Source: a virus
Lineage: Duplodnaviria > Caudoviricetes
Length of the DNA: 41,725 bases
Reading direction: 5' to 3' (one strand)
IMG/VR virus record: IMGVR_UViG_3300006105_000040
Coordinates: 1-41,725 of that record
Positions 1 to 9,999 of this stretch are shown piece after piece. The first letter of the stretch is position 1. Each line of letters opens with the position of its first letter. The notes under the pieces are model-generated. The model saw nothing but the letters and a program-made list of their open reading frames with translations, did no database searches and was not told where the DNA came from. Both the position numbers and the translations under genes were made by a program.

Positions 1-907
1 TTGAATAATCTGTTTCAACTAAATCAATGTTGAATGTGCAGAACACACCAGTTTTATCAGTATCTAAGTTAACAATAGTTTCAACAAAGATATTCTTACC
101 ATTTAAATCTCTGAAATAAGGGATTAAAGATAAACCTTCATAATATGCTAATAAATTAACGTTTCTATCATTAGTAAAGTTACCAACTTGGCTTGTGATA
201 AGACCAGTTGATGTGAAATATGATGACCATCTTGGGTCAACTGATAAGCTTTTATAATTTGACCAATCTCCGGCTACAACAACAACATCTACTAAATAAT
301 CAGAAGCATAGTCATTTGGATTCAAATATGGCGGTATTAAATCATTAGAACCATACCAAGTAGTTAAACTAACATCAAAACCAATTGCATTTGATTTGAA
401 TACAAATATGCTCACTGGCTTATCAGAAAGGTTAGTCATACTAAGTACAACATTACTATAATCACTATCATCTTTAGTGAGATTAAGGAATGCTTCAGTG
501 TCTCTTTTCCAGAAACCTGTAGTATTGAAGAACTTTCTGTAGGAATTTGAAAGTATATCTCCATTTGATTTATCAGTTGCTGCTGATAATGATTTATATT
601 GGATAGTATCTAAATTATCATCAGTAGCTAATAGATTAAGAGCATATACTGGACTAGACTCTAACATCTTAGTAATAGTTCTGTGGAAGAAAGATCCTTT
701 TCTTTCTAAACCTCTATCAATATCACCAAATATATTGGTTAAATCATTAGTATTGGTTAATAATACAGGTGTATTAACTGGTCCTTTTTTAGAGAAACCA
801 ACAACCAAAGTGTTTAACCCTTGAGTTATAGGGCTGGTAATAATTGATCTATCATACTCTTCTATGAAGATGCCAGGTCTTTTATACTTGCTTATTTGAA
901 TAGCCAT
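1..907 (-). CDS. Tail sheath protein (T4 gp18-like), N-terminal part; runs off the window edge
   Basis: Not in the ORF track. ATG at 907 translates as MAIQISKYKRPGIFIEEYDRS...VVGFSKKGPVNTP, matching the sheath N-terminal PGxxxEExD...KGP pattern. The frame reads open at both ends checked (907 and the window edge). Late motif at 933-941. Confidence 0.85.
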   Translation of the reverse strand, partial: MAIQISKYKRPGIFIEEYDRSIITSPITQGLNTLVVGFSKKGPVNTPVLLTNTNDLTNIFGDIDRGLERKGSFFHRTITKMLESSPVYALNLLATDDNLDTIQYKSLSAATDKSNGDILSNSYRKFFNTTGFWKRDTEAFLNLTKDDSDYSNVVLSMTNLSDKPVSIFVFKSNAIGFDVSLTTWYGSNDLIPPYLNPNDYASDYLVDVVVVAGDWSNYKSLSVDPRWSSYFTSTGLITSQVGNFTNDRNVNLLAYYEGLSLIPYFRDLNGKNIFVETIVNLDTDKTGVFCTFNIDLVETDYS

Positions 908-968
908 ATTAAAATGTTTATTTTTATTAACTTATATATTATATTTTAAAATCAGATTTTTTCTCATT

Positions 969-1535
969 TTATTTAGTTTTCATAAAATAATCTATTCTTT
1001 TTTTATTATTAACTAAATCCTTCTGCATCTGTTTTAATTTATCTCTTGTATTTCTTTCAAGTGTAACAATCTCATTTTTAATTTTAGATATCTTATCATT
1101 CAAATCGCCAATTTTTGATTGTGTGTAATCAACGTCATTTTGTAAAGAGTCTTTATTATCTGGATTAGATGCAATATCAGACTGTCTAGTAGATAATGTA
1201 TCCTTCTGTGTATCTAAGTCATCCTGAATATTTTTTAATTCTCTTTTCTTCTCAGCTGCTTGCGCATATAAACCAAATAGAGGATTATTAAATTTAATCT
1301 TCTTCTTATCTCCTGTATTCTGTGGAATAAACTTCTGAGCAAATAACTTATTAATTAAATCTTTCTCATCTTTATACGTAATATAGATATTATCAAGAGT
1401 TACTCTTTTAGTCATAAACTCTTTAACATCTGCCTCTAACTTATTAAAGCTTGTTTTATCTGCTGCAAATTCAGCTGGATCATTTTGGTCAATAATAAAT
1501 TTTTCACTTATAAAATCTTTATACTTCTTTATCAT
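969..1535 (-). CDS. Coiled-coil protein, putative internal head protein
   Basis: 188-aa ORF. N-terminus MIKKYKDFISE resembles the T4 capsid-targeting sequence MKTYQEFIAE; long C-terminal heptad region. Confidence 0.6.
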   Translation of the reverse strand: MIKKYKDFISEKFIIDQNDPAEFAADKTSFNKLEADVKEFMTKRVTLDNIYITYKDEKDLINKLFAQKFIPQNTGDKKKIKFNNPLFGLYAQAAEKKRELKNIQDDLDTQKDTLSTRQSDIASNPDNKDSLQNDVDYTQSKIGDLNDKISKIKNEIVTLERNTRDKLKQMQKDLVNNKKRIDYFMKTK

Positions 1536-1536
1536 T

Positions 1537-4272
1537 TTACTTACTTGATTGGAATGATTTTAATATATCATCATTTTTTTCATTAGGTATAAGATAAGGC
1601 GCTGGTAATTTTTTGATAGTCAATAAATCAAGTTGTTGCTTTTCAACACCTTTTCTATCTTTGAAATTAGTCGGTACAACTAGATACTCAATCTTTTTGA
1701 CATTCATTGTGTAGTCCTTAACATCACCAACATTATCTAAAGAAACATATTTAAATACAAATTTGTTTCCTACTGTGAATGTATTGCCCTTCATAATAGC
1801 ATATCCTACATTAAAGTCCATTTTTGATTTATATTGAATACCATTTACTTTTTTATCTTCGATAGATTCAATTTTAAGTTTCTTTTCCTTTAAAGCATCT
1901 GTTACTAAAGATTGTGAAGGATTATCTTTAGAACTTACTTGATATTTGAACATCACCCATTCACCATCTTTTGCTGATTTAAATGGGTAAACTATGAATA
2001 CCGCATTATCTGTAGTTACTTTTAAAACCTTATCATTTAAATTAGATAGTTTTAAATTCTTAGTTTTAAAAGTATCAACTGCGCTACTAAAGAAAGGATC
2101 GTTTTTATCACCTTGGTCTTCTTTTGGTATGGATGGATCAAATCTTGGAGTTTTATCTAAGTTTTCAATTTCTCCACCACTTGTAGATGATTCTACACCA
2201 AAATATTTTATAAATATGTTTTGTCTATGATTTTTGAAATCACCCTCGTGAGCTAACATATCATTTATAAAACTAAATAAAGTTTTACCAGATCTCTGTG
2301 TTTTTTGACCCATAGGTGTGCCGGTTGTTGATTCTGCCTCTGAAACAAATTTAATGTTAGCCAAAATTTTTCTATAATACTTATCTTCTAATAATTTTGT
2401 TATACCATCTTGCCATTTATCATATACTCTTTTCGCTGCCCAAGGACCAAAGTCAACCGATATACCTGTTCCAGATGGTTGAGTCCTTGTTGAACCTTTT
2501 CCTATATATTCATATTCTCTTAAAGTCTTCTGTGAAATAATTCCACCAGGACGACCAGATGGTATGTAATCTGTTGCGTAAAGTCTATAGGCTCTTCCAA
2601 AAAGATTTACGATTTTAATTATATGATCATCATTTACCGCATCGCTTGCTTTTAAATTTACTTCTTTATCAGCTGATTTTTCAATGTCTTCTCTTAATTT
2701 CACATCACTATCGGTAACCTTCCATTCTTTTTCTTCACCTGGTTTAAAAAACTTAAACCAAGACTTCTTAACACTATCACCCTCAACTTCAGTTGTAGTT
2801 TCTTTTGTGTCTTCAACCGGTTCATTTTTATCAGTATCGCTTTCATCTAAATCAACGTTATCTTCATCCGCCTCTTTTATTAAAACAAAAGATGAGTAAT
2901 CAAGAATTACAGATTCTTTTTTAATAACTGGATAAGACTTGTTCATCTCATTGAAAGATGTGACGAAAAGTTTTATATGATTAGTTGCACCACCAGTATC
3001 ACCAGAAGCACCATACGCACCTAAAAGACCTAAATCTTCTGAAAAAGCTAATAAAACTCTACCGAATAAGGAAATTGATTTGGCAACATCATTTACAGAT
3101 GGACCTTGTTCTTCTGTGATTAATTCATCGAATGATATTGGCTTACCAACATTATCATAATTTATAACAACTTGTCTACCGATTTCAAGTATTTTTACTT
3201 TTGACTCTTTTATTTTATCAATACCAGTAGCATTAATTAAAGAGTCTATATAAGGTATAAATTTTGAAATTCCAGATTTATTATAAGCATTCACAACTTT
3301 TTTCCAAGCTGCTTTTGCGTGTAACTCTTGATCTTTGATATTAGCAGAAGCTTCGTTCATAAGATAAATCATTGACTCAGGAATAGATGATTCACCAGGC
3401 TTTTCAGCTTCAGGTTTAGGTGTAACTTTTTTTCCTTGAAGTGTTTCCAATCTTTTAGTCAAATTTTTTACCTCTTGAGTATAAAAATTTATTTTTCCTT
3501 GGTCTTTCTTGGTAGTAAATATAGTAACAGCTTTTTTCGCCTCAGCTAACTTTGCATTAACATCATTAACTGAATTAGTTCTCATTTTCTTATATTTTTC
3601 TTCATCAAAAAATGTTCCTGCTCTAACTCCAACATTATCACTAACTTTTATATCAAGTTTAACAGTATTATTCTTAATATCTAAGTGTATTCTTGATACT
3701 GCAATTAATAAATTTTTAGAGTTTTGATAGAATACTTTAGCAGCTTTAGACTTCTCATCTTCTGATCCAGATGTTTCATCTTTTTCTTTATCACCTTCTT
3801 CTTTTAACTTAAGCAAATCTTCTTTGAATTTTTCTAACTTTTGTATCAAGACTTCCTTATTTGGCATTTCAACCTTTTTTACTTCTTCAATAACTTGATC
3901 AATAAGACCTTCTGTAGTTGGAGTACCAAGTAGAATTTCTAATTTTTCCTTAACATCTTTATCACCAGTAGACTCATTGTATATTTTTTCTAGAATTCTT
4001 CTAGCAAGTAAGTTTCCAAATTCTTCTTTTTGTTTATCATCCGGTAAATAAACTCCGAGTAAAGCATTTAATTCTTCCTTAACAAGGTTTACTAAATTAT
4101 TAACTTTAGTATAATTATATCCGATTTTTAATTTTCTAATACTAGAATTTATTAATCTTCCAAGAAGTGACCCACCCCATGTAATATCATTACCAAAAGC
4201 ATCTGCTACTGCTTCATTTAATTTTGTTTCGATTTCAGATTTATATAAGTTTTGAGATTTTAGATATTTCAT
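1537..4272 (-). CDS. Large hypothetical protein, putative processed virion/core protein
   Basis: About 911-aa ORF; the likely start is MKYLKS at 4272 (alternative 4287). Late motif at 4298-4306; several L/I-x-E motifs (KLNE, LMNE, LITE, LIKE). Confidence 0.55.
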   Translation of the reverse strand: MKYLKSQNLYKSEIETKLNEAVADAFGNDITWGGSLLGRLINSSIRKLKIGYNYTKVNNLVNLVKEELNALLGVYLPDDKQKEEFGNLLARRILEKIYNESTGDKDVKEKLEILLGTPTTEGLIDQVIEEVKKVEMPNKEVLIQKLEKFKEDLLKLKEEGDKEKDETSGSEDEKSKAAKVFYQNSKNLLIAVSRIHLDIKNNTVKLDIKVSDNVGVRAGTFFDEEKYKKMRTNSVNDVNAKLAEAKKAVTIFTTKKDQGKINFYTQEVKNLTKRLETLQGKKVTPKPEAEKPGESSIPESMIYLMNEASANIKDQELHAKAAWKKVVNAYNKSGISKFIPYIDSLINATGIDKIKESKVKILEIGRQVVINYDNVGKPISFDELITEEQGPSVNDVAKSISLFGRVLLAFSEDLGLLGAYGASGDTGGATNHIKLFVTSFNEMNKSYPVIKKESVILDYSSFVLIKEADEDNVDLDESDTDKNEPVEDTKETTTEVEGDSVKKSWFKFFKPGEEKEWKVTDSDVKLREDIEKSADKEVNLKASDAVNDDHIIKIVNLFGRAYRLYATDYIPSGRPGGIISQKTLREYEYIGKGSTRTQPSGTGISVDFGPWAAKRVYDKWQDGITKLLEDKYYRKILANIKFVSEAESTTGTPMGQKTQRSGKTLFSFINDMLAHEGDFKNHRQNIFIKYFGVESSTSGGEIENLDKTPRFDPSIPKEDQGDKNDPFFSSAVDTFKTKNLKLSNLNDKVLKVTTDNAVFIVYPFKSAKDGEWVMFKYQVSSKDNPSQSLVTDALKEKKLKIESIEDKKVNGIQYKSKMDFNVGYAIMKGNTFTVGNKFVFKYVSLDNVGDVKDYTMNVKKIEYLVVPTNFKDRKGVEKQQLDLLTIKKLPAPYLIPNEKNDDILKSFQSSK

Positions 4273-4368
4273 ACTAAAATGATACATTTATTTTGATTAT
4301 ATATTAAATTAATAAAACACAAAATTTAGAAAATCTTTTTTAATATATAATTAAAATAAAAAACTGAT

Positions 4369-4824
4369 ATGTATATCAAAAATTTTGATTCTTTCAATGA
4401 AGGCTTATTAGGAGATTTTTCTTCCAAATTAAAAAAAACCTTTTCAGGTTTAAAGCCTTTCTTTTCCGGAAGTAAAGAGAGTAGTAAATTAAAAAAATGG
4501 GATATATCTTCTAAGAAAATATCAGATACTTATTTTCAATTTATACACAATAATAGAGTGATAGCTGAGTTAAAATTAGTAGATAATGTATTCAATCGTC
4601 CTACATTTGGACTTACAATATACTTTTATGAGACTGAAATTGAAAATAAAAAGAACTTATCTTTGAGTAAAAAATTTGAAGGACAAGAAGAGCAACCTTA
4701 TACAAAAGGAAGTAAAAAGTTCTTTAGTGTAGATGAGGCAATTGACTATTTAATTGCTTATTGGTCTAAAAACACTAATTCAGGTAAAGCAAAAAATCCA
4801 GAATTTAAAATAAAAATAAGTTAA
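4369..4824 (+). CDS. Hypothetical late protein with CTS-like N-terminus
   Basis: 151-aa ORF starting MYIKNFDSFNE; TAATATATA at 4341-4349. Confidence 0.6.
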   Translation: MYIKNFDSFNEGLLGDFSSKLKKTFSGLKPFFSGSKESSKLKKWDISSKKISDTYFQFIHNNRVIAELKLVDNVFNRPTFGLTIYFYETEIENKKNLSLSKKFEGQEEQPYTKGSKKFFSVDEAIDYLIAYWSKNTNSGKAKNPEFKIKIS

Positions 4825-5090
4825 ACCAGTTTTGCTGATTTAACTTTTTCAGTTTTTTCGACTTCTACAACATCCTCAAAGCAAGAATCTTCTTTTTCTT
4901 CTGGTGCAATTACAAATAATAATGCACTTTGTAAATATTTTCCAGTTTCTAAGATTCGATAGAAAATATTACATCCTTCAAAGGTTTCTTTTCTTTCAAT
5001 AACCTCAGTTACGTGATAATATGAACCTTTCAAAGCTCGAATTACTTTTGGATCTGAACTGTGTCCGTCTTTTATACATAATACTCGCAT
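4821..5090 (-). CDS. Hypothetical protein
   Basis: ATG at 5090 (MRVLCIKDG) preferred over TTG 5111, which overlaps the TATATTTG element at 5109-5116. Confidence 0.55.
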   Translation of the reverse strand: MRVLCIKDGHSSDPKVIRALKGSYYHVTEVIERKETFEGCNIFYRILETGKYLQSALLFVIAPEEKEDSCFEDVVEVEKTEKVKSAKLV

Positions 5091-5221
5091 ATTGATATAT
5101 ATTAGATACAAATATACAAAAGTTTTTTGAATCTATAAAATTATTTTTTTTTAAAATTTCTTAAAAAATCCACTTACGATACTTTATTATTAAAAATTAA
5201 AATATATATGTTATTAATTTT

Positions 5222-5521
5222 ATGAAATACAAAGAGTTATTTTACAAAGATACTTCTATTAAAGAAGAATTTATAATTATAAAAATCTTACACCAAGAAG
5301 GATTCCATTGGATCATCGACTCCGAGATCGAAGATGCTTCTATTGAAATAATCAATAAGACCCTTATCTGGAATTCTGGTAACTTTTATTCTGGCAATTG
5401 GCACTATGGGATCTGGAAAAATGGTAATTTTTACGGAATCTGGGAAAACGGCATTTTTGAAAATGGCAATTTCAAAGGTAAGTTTATAAGTGGTATTACA
5501 TCCCCATCCGTAAAAATATAA
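5222..5521 (+). CDS. Hypothetical protein with (W/F)xxGx pentapeptide-like repeats
   Basis: C-terminal WNSGNFYSGNWHYGIWKNGNFYGIWENGIFENGNFKG. Confidence 0.6.
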   Translation: MKYKELFYKDTSIKEEFIIIKILHQEGFHWIIDSEIEDASIEIINKTLIWNSGNFYSGNWHYGIWKNGNFYGIWENGIFENGNFKGKFISGITSPSVKI

Positions 5522-5538
5522 AAAAAAAACTCAAGGTT

Positions 5539-5979
5539 ATGAAAAAGAGAAGAGATGTAAAAGAAAACAATGTTATAATCTTCAAAAATAACAATGTTAA
5601 AATTACACAAGAACCTAATCAAGATCTATTTTTCGAAATTAAAAAAGAAATAACAACTGATTTAGCAGAAGCTGTCGCACTTATGATGAATATCGAAGAC
5701 AAGAATTTATGGAACTTAGAAATTAATCATAATATACAAATAGATCCTGAAAAGTGTTTATATTGGTTAAGTGGTGGTAACAAAGAGTGGATTTTTTTAG
5801 AAAATTATAATAGACCTTGGGTTGATTGTTATTTAGATTTTCAAGAAGAATTTGGGTTTATAATTATTGAGATTATTAAAAATTCAAAAACATTAGGCGA
5901 TATTAAAAAGGGATTGCTTAAATATCTTAATTTACCTACATTATATGATTTTGCTCTGTGTAAAGGTTTTGTGAGATAG
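5539..5979 (+). CDS. Hypothetical protein
   Basis: 146-aa ORF arranged operon-like with its neighbours. Confidence 0.6.
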   Translation: MKKRRDVKENNVIIFKNNNVKITQEPNQDLFFEIKKEITTDLAEAVALMMNIEDKNLWNLEINHNIQIDPEKCLYWLSGGNKEWIFLENYNRPWVDCYLDFQEEFGFIIIEIIKNSKTLGDIKKGLLKYLNLPTLYDFALCKGFVR

Positions 5980-5998
5980 TATTTTAATATATACTATT

Positions 5999-6214
5999 AT
6001 GGATGAAATAAAAAAAGGTATTTGTAAAAACCCTTGGTGTAAAGCCACCTTTGAATACAAAGAAGATAAAAGACCTGATGTTTGCCCAAAATGTAAAAGT
6101 TTTGATAGTGAATTATCAGGCGGAGTTTCTTGGAATGAAAGAAAATATGACGGACCAAGAATGGATGGCTTACCACATCAAACATCTTTAAATATTAAAA
6201 AATACGCAAGATGA
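5999..6214 (+). CDS. Small zinc-ribbon protein
   Basis: CKNPWC...CPKC motif; TAATATATA at 5985-5993. Confidence 0.6.
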   Translation: MDEIKKGICKNPWCKATFEYKEDKRPDVCPKCKSFDSELSGGVSWNERKYDGPRMDGLPHQTSLNIKKYAR

Positions 6215-7389
6215 GAGCTCATATATTCGACTTAGATACCTTGGTTAAATTAGAACAATATTGTTGGATAGTAGATAAAACTAAACCAAATATACCTTTA
6301 TTGAAAATAAGCCAATCTGATTTTAAATTAATAAAAAGTGGAATCTATAAAAATCAAGGAAACAAAGTCGATTTTAATGGCATTACCTATTGGTTATCAA
6401 GTGAATTATCAAATAAATTAAAAGTTAAATTAAAAATATCACATTCAAGTCTAGGTAATCTTGGGATATCAATGCAAGAATTCCTAAATAAAGATATCAT
6501 AGATGATATGAAACCAGAATTCTTATTAGATAATATTCTACACCTAAAGAATTCTAATGATGATATATTCGTTGTGTGTTCAAGACAAACAAAAAATAAC
6601 TATCTAAAAATTATAGAAAAGCTAGAACAAAAATTAAAAGAAGAAGGATTACAAATTAAAAATTTTTATTATATCTCAGAGACTTTCTATGACCAAAATA
6701 GTGATGATATCAAATATAAAAAGATAAGATTATTACTACAACATTTAACTGGATATAAAAATGATGATACTAAATTCATCAATGAAGAAGTTGAATTTTA
6801 TAATGTTGTTGAATTTTATGATAACCAATTTGATACTTTGAAAATTGCAGATGAAGTTAATACCACTCTTAAAATGTTATTAAAAAAAACAGAAGATGGT
6901 TTGAAATCTGTTATCAAAGAAGACATTTCAGAAAACAAGCCAGTTTTAGTAGTGAATCAAATATCAGAAAATTTAGTTAATAAAAAAGTTAGTAAGAAAG
7001 TTAATATTGAATATTTAACATTTCTTAAAACATTTGAAAGTTTCAAATTAAATAGAATTAATGAAACAAATACATTTGAACAGAAAAAAGAATATTTAAA
7101 TTCCTTAATTAAAATAATGAATAATAAAATGGAGTATTGTGAAGATTTGAAGGAATTAGAAATGTATAACTATGATAAAATTCAATCAGATATAGAAGAT
7201 TGGTTAGATGAATGTAACATTTTATTCTTTGAAAATGATGCTGACTCTGATTATGTTAATCAATATAGAGCAGATATGGAACGTTTTGGTCCTAAAGAAG
7301 AGGATATTACAGAGACATTATTAGATAATTATATCAAATCTGGTAAAACTTTTAATAGTAAATTGGCAGATATTTTAGATAAGCTCTAA
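6211..7389 (+). CDS. Hypothetical protein, possibly a degenerate HAD fold, with a C-terminal extension
   Basis: N-terminal FDLD, later VVCSR and FYDN resemble HAD motifs; internal FLKTFESF...INE motif; ATGA overlap with the upstream gene. Confidence 0.5.
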   Translation: MRAHIFDLDTLVKLEQYCWIVDKTKPNIPLLKISQSDFKLIKSGIYKNQGNKVDFNGITYWLSSELSNKLKVKLKISHSSLGNLGISMQEFLNKDIIDDMKPEFLLDNILHLKNSNDDIFVVCSRQTKNNYLKIIEKLEQKLKEEGLQIKNFYYISETFYDQNSDDIKYKKIRLLLQHLTGYKNDDTKFINEEVEFYNVVEFYDNQFDTLKIADEVNTTLKMLLKKTEDGLKSVIKEDISENKPVLVVNQISENLVNKKVSKKVNIEYLTFLKTFESFKLNRINETNTFEQKKEYLNSLIKIMNNKMEYCEDLKELEMYNYDKIQSDIEDWLDECNILFFENDADSDYVNQYRADMERFGPKEEDITETLLDNYIKSGKTFNSKLADILDKL

Positions 7390-8001
7390 TTATCCTTTAT
7401 TTTTCAAATATTTATCAATCATATCATTCAAGCCCCTTGAATCCATAATTTTAGTATCTTCTTTCTCTTTTTCAGTCTCACTTTGTATAGATTCAACATT
7501 GGATAACTCATTTAAACCTAAATCTTTTCTAGTTTCTTTATAGAACTTTTCGAGCTCAGTTCTTTGTGTAGATGAGAATTTAGAGTTTTCTCTAATTTGT
7601 GATACGGTTTGGTTTATAACTTCATGCATTCTCGCACTATTATCGCCGTTATCAACCTGTCTTAGTTGTGTAAGGAAGTTTTTTCTTGTCATTTTAGAAA
7701 GAAATATAGTCTCGGCATAAACTAAAGCATCTTCTTTCATTTTATTTTTAATATAAGGATGCTCAACTACCTTTTTAGCGTCTCCTAAATATAAATCTAC
7801 TAGACTCTCTAATAAATCCATAGCTTGCTCACTAGACTGCGTTAAGTCAGCATCATAGTCATAAATTTGAATTTCTCCTAAATCAGGTAGATCATCTTTT
7901 TTAGCCAGATACTTTGAAATATCTATATCTTTTGACCCATCTTGAATTCTTTCAAACTCATTTTGAAGCTCATTTATTTTCTGCTCTTTCTTATCACTCA
8001 T
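7390..8001 (-). CDS. terS: Putative terminase small subunit (T4 gp16-like)
   Basis: Likely start MSDKKEQK at 8001, since the longer ORF overlaps terL. SARMHEV resembles the gp16 SPRxxEV motif; C-terminal DSRGLNDMI; divergent from terL. Confidence 0.55.
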   Translation of the reverse strand: MSDKKEQKINELQNEFERIQDGSKDIDISKYLAKKDDLPDLGEIQIYDYDADLTQSSEQAMDLLESLVDLYLGDAKKVVEHPYIKNKMKEDALVYAETIFLSKMTRKNFLTQLRQVDNGDNSARMHEVINQTVSQIRENSKFSSTQRTELEKFYKETRKDLGLNELSNVESIQSETEKEKEDTKIMDSRGLNDMIDKYLKNKG

Positions 8002-8018
8002 TGGAGAATCTAATTTTA

Positions 8019-8030
8019 CAATATATATTG
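8019..8030. promoter_or_regulatory. Palindromic late promoter, probably bidirectional (terS/terL)
   Basis: CAATATATATTG is a perfect palindrome, giving AATATATA on both strands, centred in the 48-bp gap between divergent starts. Confidence 0.6.
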
Positions 8031-8049
8031 AAAATGATTCTATTCCTTT

Positions 8050-8574
8050 ATGCCAGCAGTAAAAGAAGCTCAAGAAAAGAAATTTATATTCAATAGTAAA
8101 AATGTCCAAGAGATAACTGACCAAATTAACGATGGATACATCATTAAAAGGTTTCAAAATCCATGGTTTAAAAATGAAATCGGTGTTAGAAGAAGTGGTC
8201 TTACTTTTGCCTTAATCGATGATGAAATAGAAGAATATATTAAATGTAAATTAGATATTCATTATTTCGCTGAAAAATATTGTCGAGTTAAAACAGAAGA
8301 TGGAAGTATTAATAATATTAAATTAAGAGAATATCAAAAAGATATCTTAGACTTATATCATAACGGAAGATTCAGTATCTTATGTGGAAGTAGACAAATT
8401 GGGAAATGCTTCTCATTTAATACGTTGATAGAGTTGAAAAGTGGTCAAATATATAGATTCGGAATCCTTTACTACCAAATTCTTTCGGAGATTAGGCCAC
8501 TAAATTTATTAGAATATTTTAAAATTAAATTGTATAACGCACTATACCTATTAGACAGGAACCAAAAATTTTAA
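8050..8574 (+). CDS. terL: Terminase large subunit N-fragment fused to the N-half of a split intein
   Basis: gp17-like EYIKCKLDIHYFAEKY, LREYQ and Walker A start SRQIGK, followed immediately by intein block A CFSFNTLI. Confidence 0.9.
   Translation: MPAVKEAQEKKFIFNSKNVQEITDQINDGYIIKRFQNPWFKNEIGVRRSGLTFALIDDEIEEYIKCKLDIHYFAEKYCRVKTEDGSINNIKLREYQKDILDLYHNGRFSILCGSRQIGKCFSFNTLIELKSGQIYRFGILYYQILSEIRPLNLLEYFKIKLYNALYLLDRNQKF
8407..8571 (+). mobile_element. Split intein, N-half (55 aa)
   Basis: Starts at Cys120 (CFSFNTLIELKSG...GILY) directly after GK and ends at the stop codon without blocks B, F or G. Confidence 0.85.
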
Positions 8575-8593
8575 TATATAAAAATAAAAAACC

Positions 8594-9577
8594 ATGGAAT
8601 TTGAAATAATTGATAACTATGATGTAGTAACCTGTCGTATATGTGGTAGAAGATCCAAAAGAATATATGGATTACATCTAAAATATCACAATATAACATC
8701 TGAGAAATATAAAGAATTATATCCAGGTGCGCCATTGATGGCAAAAGTTGATACTGAAAAAATGGGCAAGCATATGAGAGATGATAAATATAAAAAAATG
8801 TTTCGTGATATGTATGTTGGTGATAAAAATCCAAATCATAAAAGTAGAACTACTGAAGAGGAAAGAAAGTCAAGAAGTCCATTTTCAAAAGATTTTACCA
8901 AATATAAAGAAGTTGAAGATAAAGATGAGGTTGTAAAAAGCTTTGCTAAAAAAGCTTTGAAAGATAGAGTATCACCCTTACAAAAGGAATATTATTTAAA
9001 TAAAGGATTCACTGAACAGGAATCCTTAGAAATTTTATCAAATAGACAAAGGACATTTAGTTTAGAAAAATGTATTGAGAAATACGGTGAGGAAAAAGGA
9101 CTGAAAAGATGGAAAGAAAGACAACATCTATGGCAAAAGAATTTATTGGAAAATGGAAATATAAAATGTGGATATTCAAAAATTAGTCAAGAACTATTTT
9201 ATAATATCATAAATAATTACGATGTTTCTGAATTGAAAGATGTTTACTTCTCTACAAAGAATAGTGAATTTTATATCTCAGTAAAAGAAAAAGGATTTTT
9301 TGTATATGATTTTTGTGACAAGAAAAGAAAAAAAATTATTGAATATAATGGTGATTATTATCACGCTAATCCAATTATGTTCAATGAATATGATAAGCCA
9401 CATCCTTATTTGAAAGAAAAGGGTCCGACATCAAAAGAAATATGGAACAAAGATAAGTTTAAAATTGATATTGCAAATCAAAATAACTTTGAAGTTCTAA
9501 CAGTTTGGGATTCTGAGTATAGAAAAAATAAAAATAGTGTAATAGACAAATGTTTAACTTTTTTAGGAATAATTTAA
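8594..9577 (+). CDS. Free-standing homing endonuclease (Vsr-like/PD-(D/E)xK) between the intein halves
   Basis: N-terminal CRIC...HLKYH finger, GDKNPN and KYGEEKG segments, C-terminal YDF...IIEYNGDYYH...VWDSE nuclease motif. Confidence 0.8.
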   Translation: MEFEIIDNYDVVTCRICGRRSKRIYGLHLKYHNITSEKYKELYPGAPLMAKVDTEKMGKHMRDDKYKKMFRDMYVGDKNPNHKSRTTEEERKSRSPFSKDFTKYKEVEDKDEVVKSFAKKALKDRVSPLQKEYYLNKGFTEQESLEILSNRQRTFSLEKCIEKYGEEKGLKRWKERQHLWQKNLLENGNIKCGYSKISQELFYNIINNYDVSELKDVYFSTKNSEFYISVKEKGFFVYDFCDKKRKKIIEYNGDYYHANPIMFNEYDKPHPYLKEKGPTSKEIWNKDKFKIDIANQNNFEVLTVWDSEYRKNKNSVIDKCLTFLGII

Positions 9578-9999
9578 TTAAAATATTATATCTCATAATA
9601 GAAGTTATAGAAAAGATAGAATATAGTAAAGTAGATATTGACGAGAATGATATTAATAAAAAAATATTAAATACAATATCCAACTTAAATTTATCTGTAA
9701 AGTCAGATTCAGGTTGGGTAGAAATGACCGATATACATATTACACAGCCATATAGACAGTATTATTTAATGTTGAGTAATGGATATTATTTAAATTGTGC
9801 CGATAATCATATAGTATTCGATGAAAATCATAATGGTGTATTTGTAAAAGATTTGAAAATTGGAAATGAGGTTCAAACCAATATTGGATTATCCAAAGTT
9901 ATATCAGTTGAGAATAGTGGATTTAAAGTTTCTATGTTTGATAGTACTATTAATCATAAGGATCATAGATATTATACAAATGGTATATTAAGTCACAAC
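9550..9999 (+). mobile_element. Split intein, C-half (150 aa)
   Basis: VKSDSGW strand, block B CADNHIVF, KDLKIG, block F MFDSTI, block G YYTNGILSHN, with Thr+1 at 10000-10002. Confidence 0.88.

Noticed and set aside
5163-5173. aaaaaatccac as a DnaA box or replication origin
   Set aside because: It only partly matches TTATCCACA and there is no cluster of boxes.
8002-8157. N-terminal extensions predicted by the ORF track (7390..8157; likewise 16854, 20575, 26723, 26813)
   Set aside because: They overlap other genes or promoter motifs; downstream ATGs fit better.
8575-9549. Group I intron interrupting terL
   Set aside because: Only 19 nt of non-coding sequence are available, so there is no room for a ribozyme core. 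The intein motifs explain the break, and both halves have their own start and stop.
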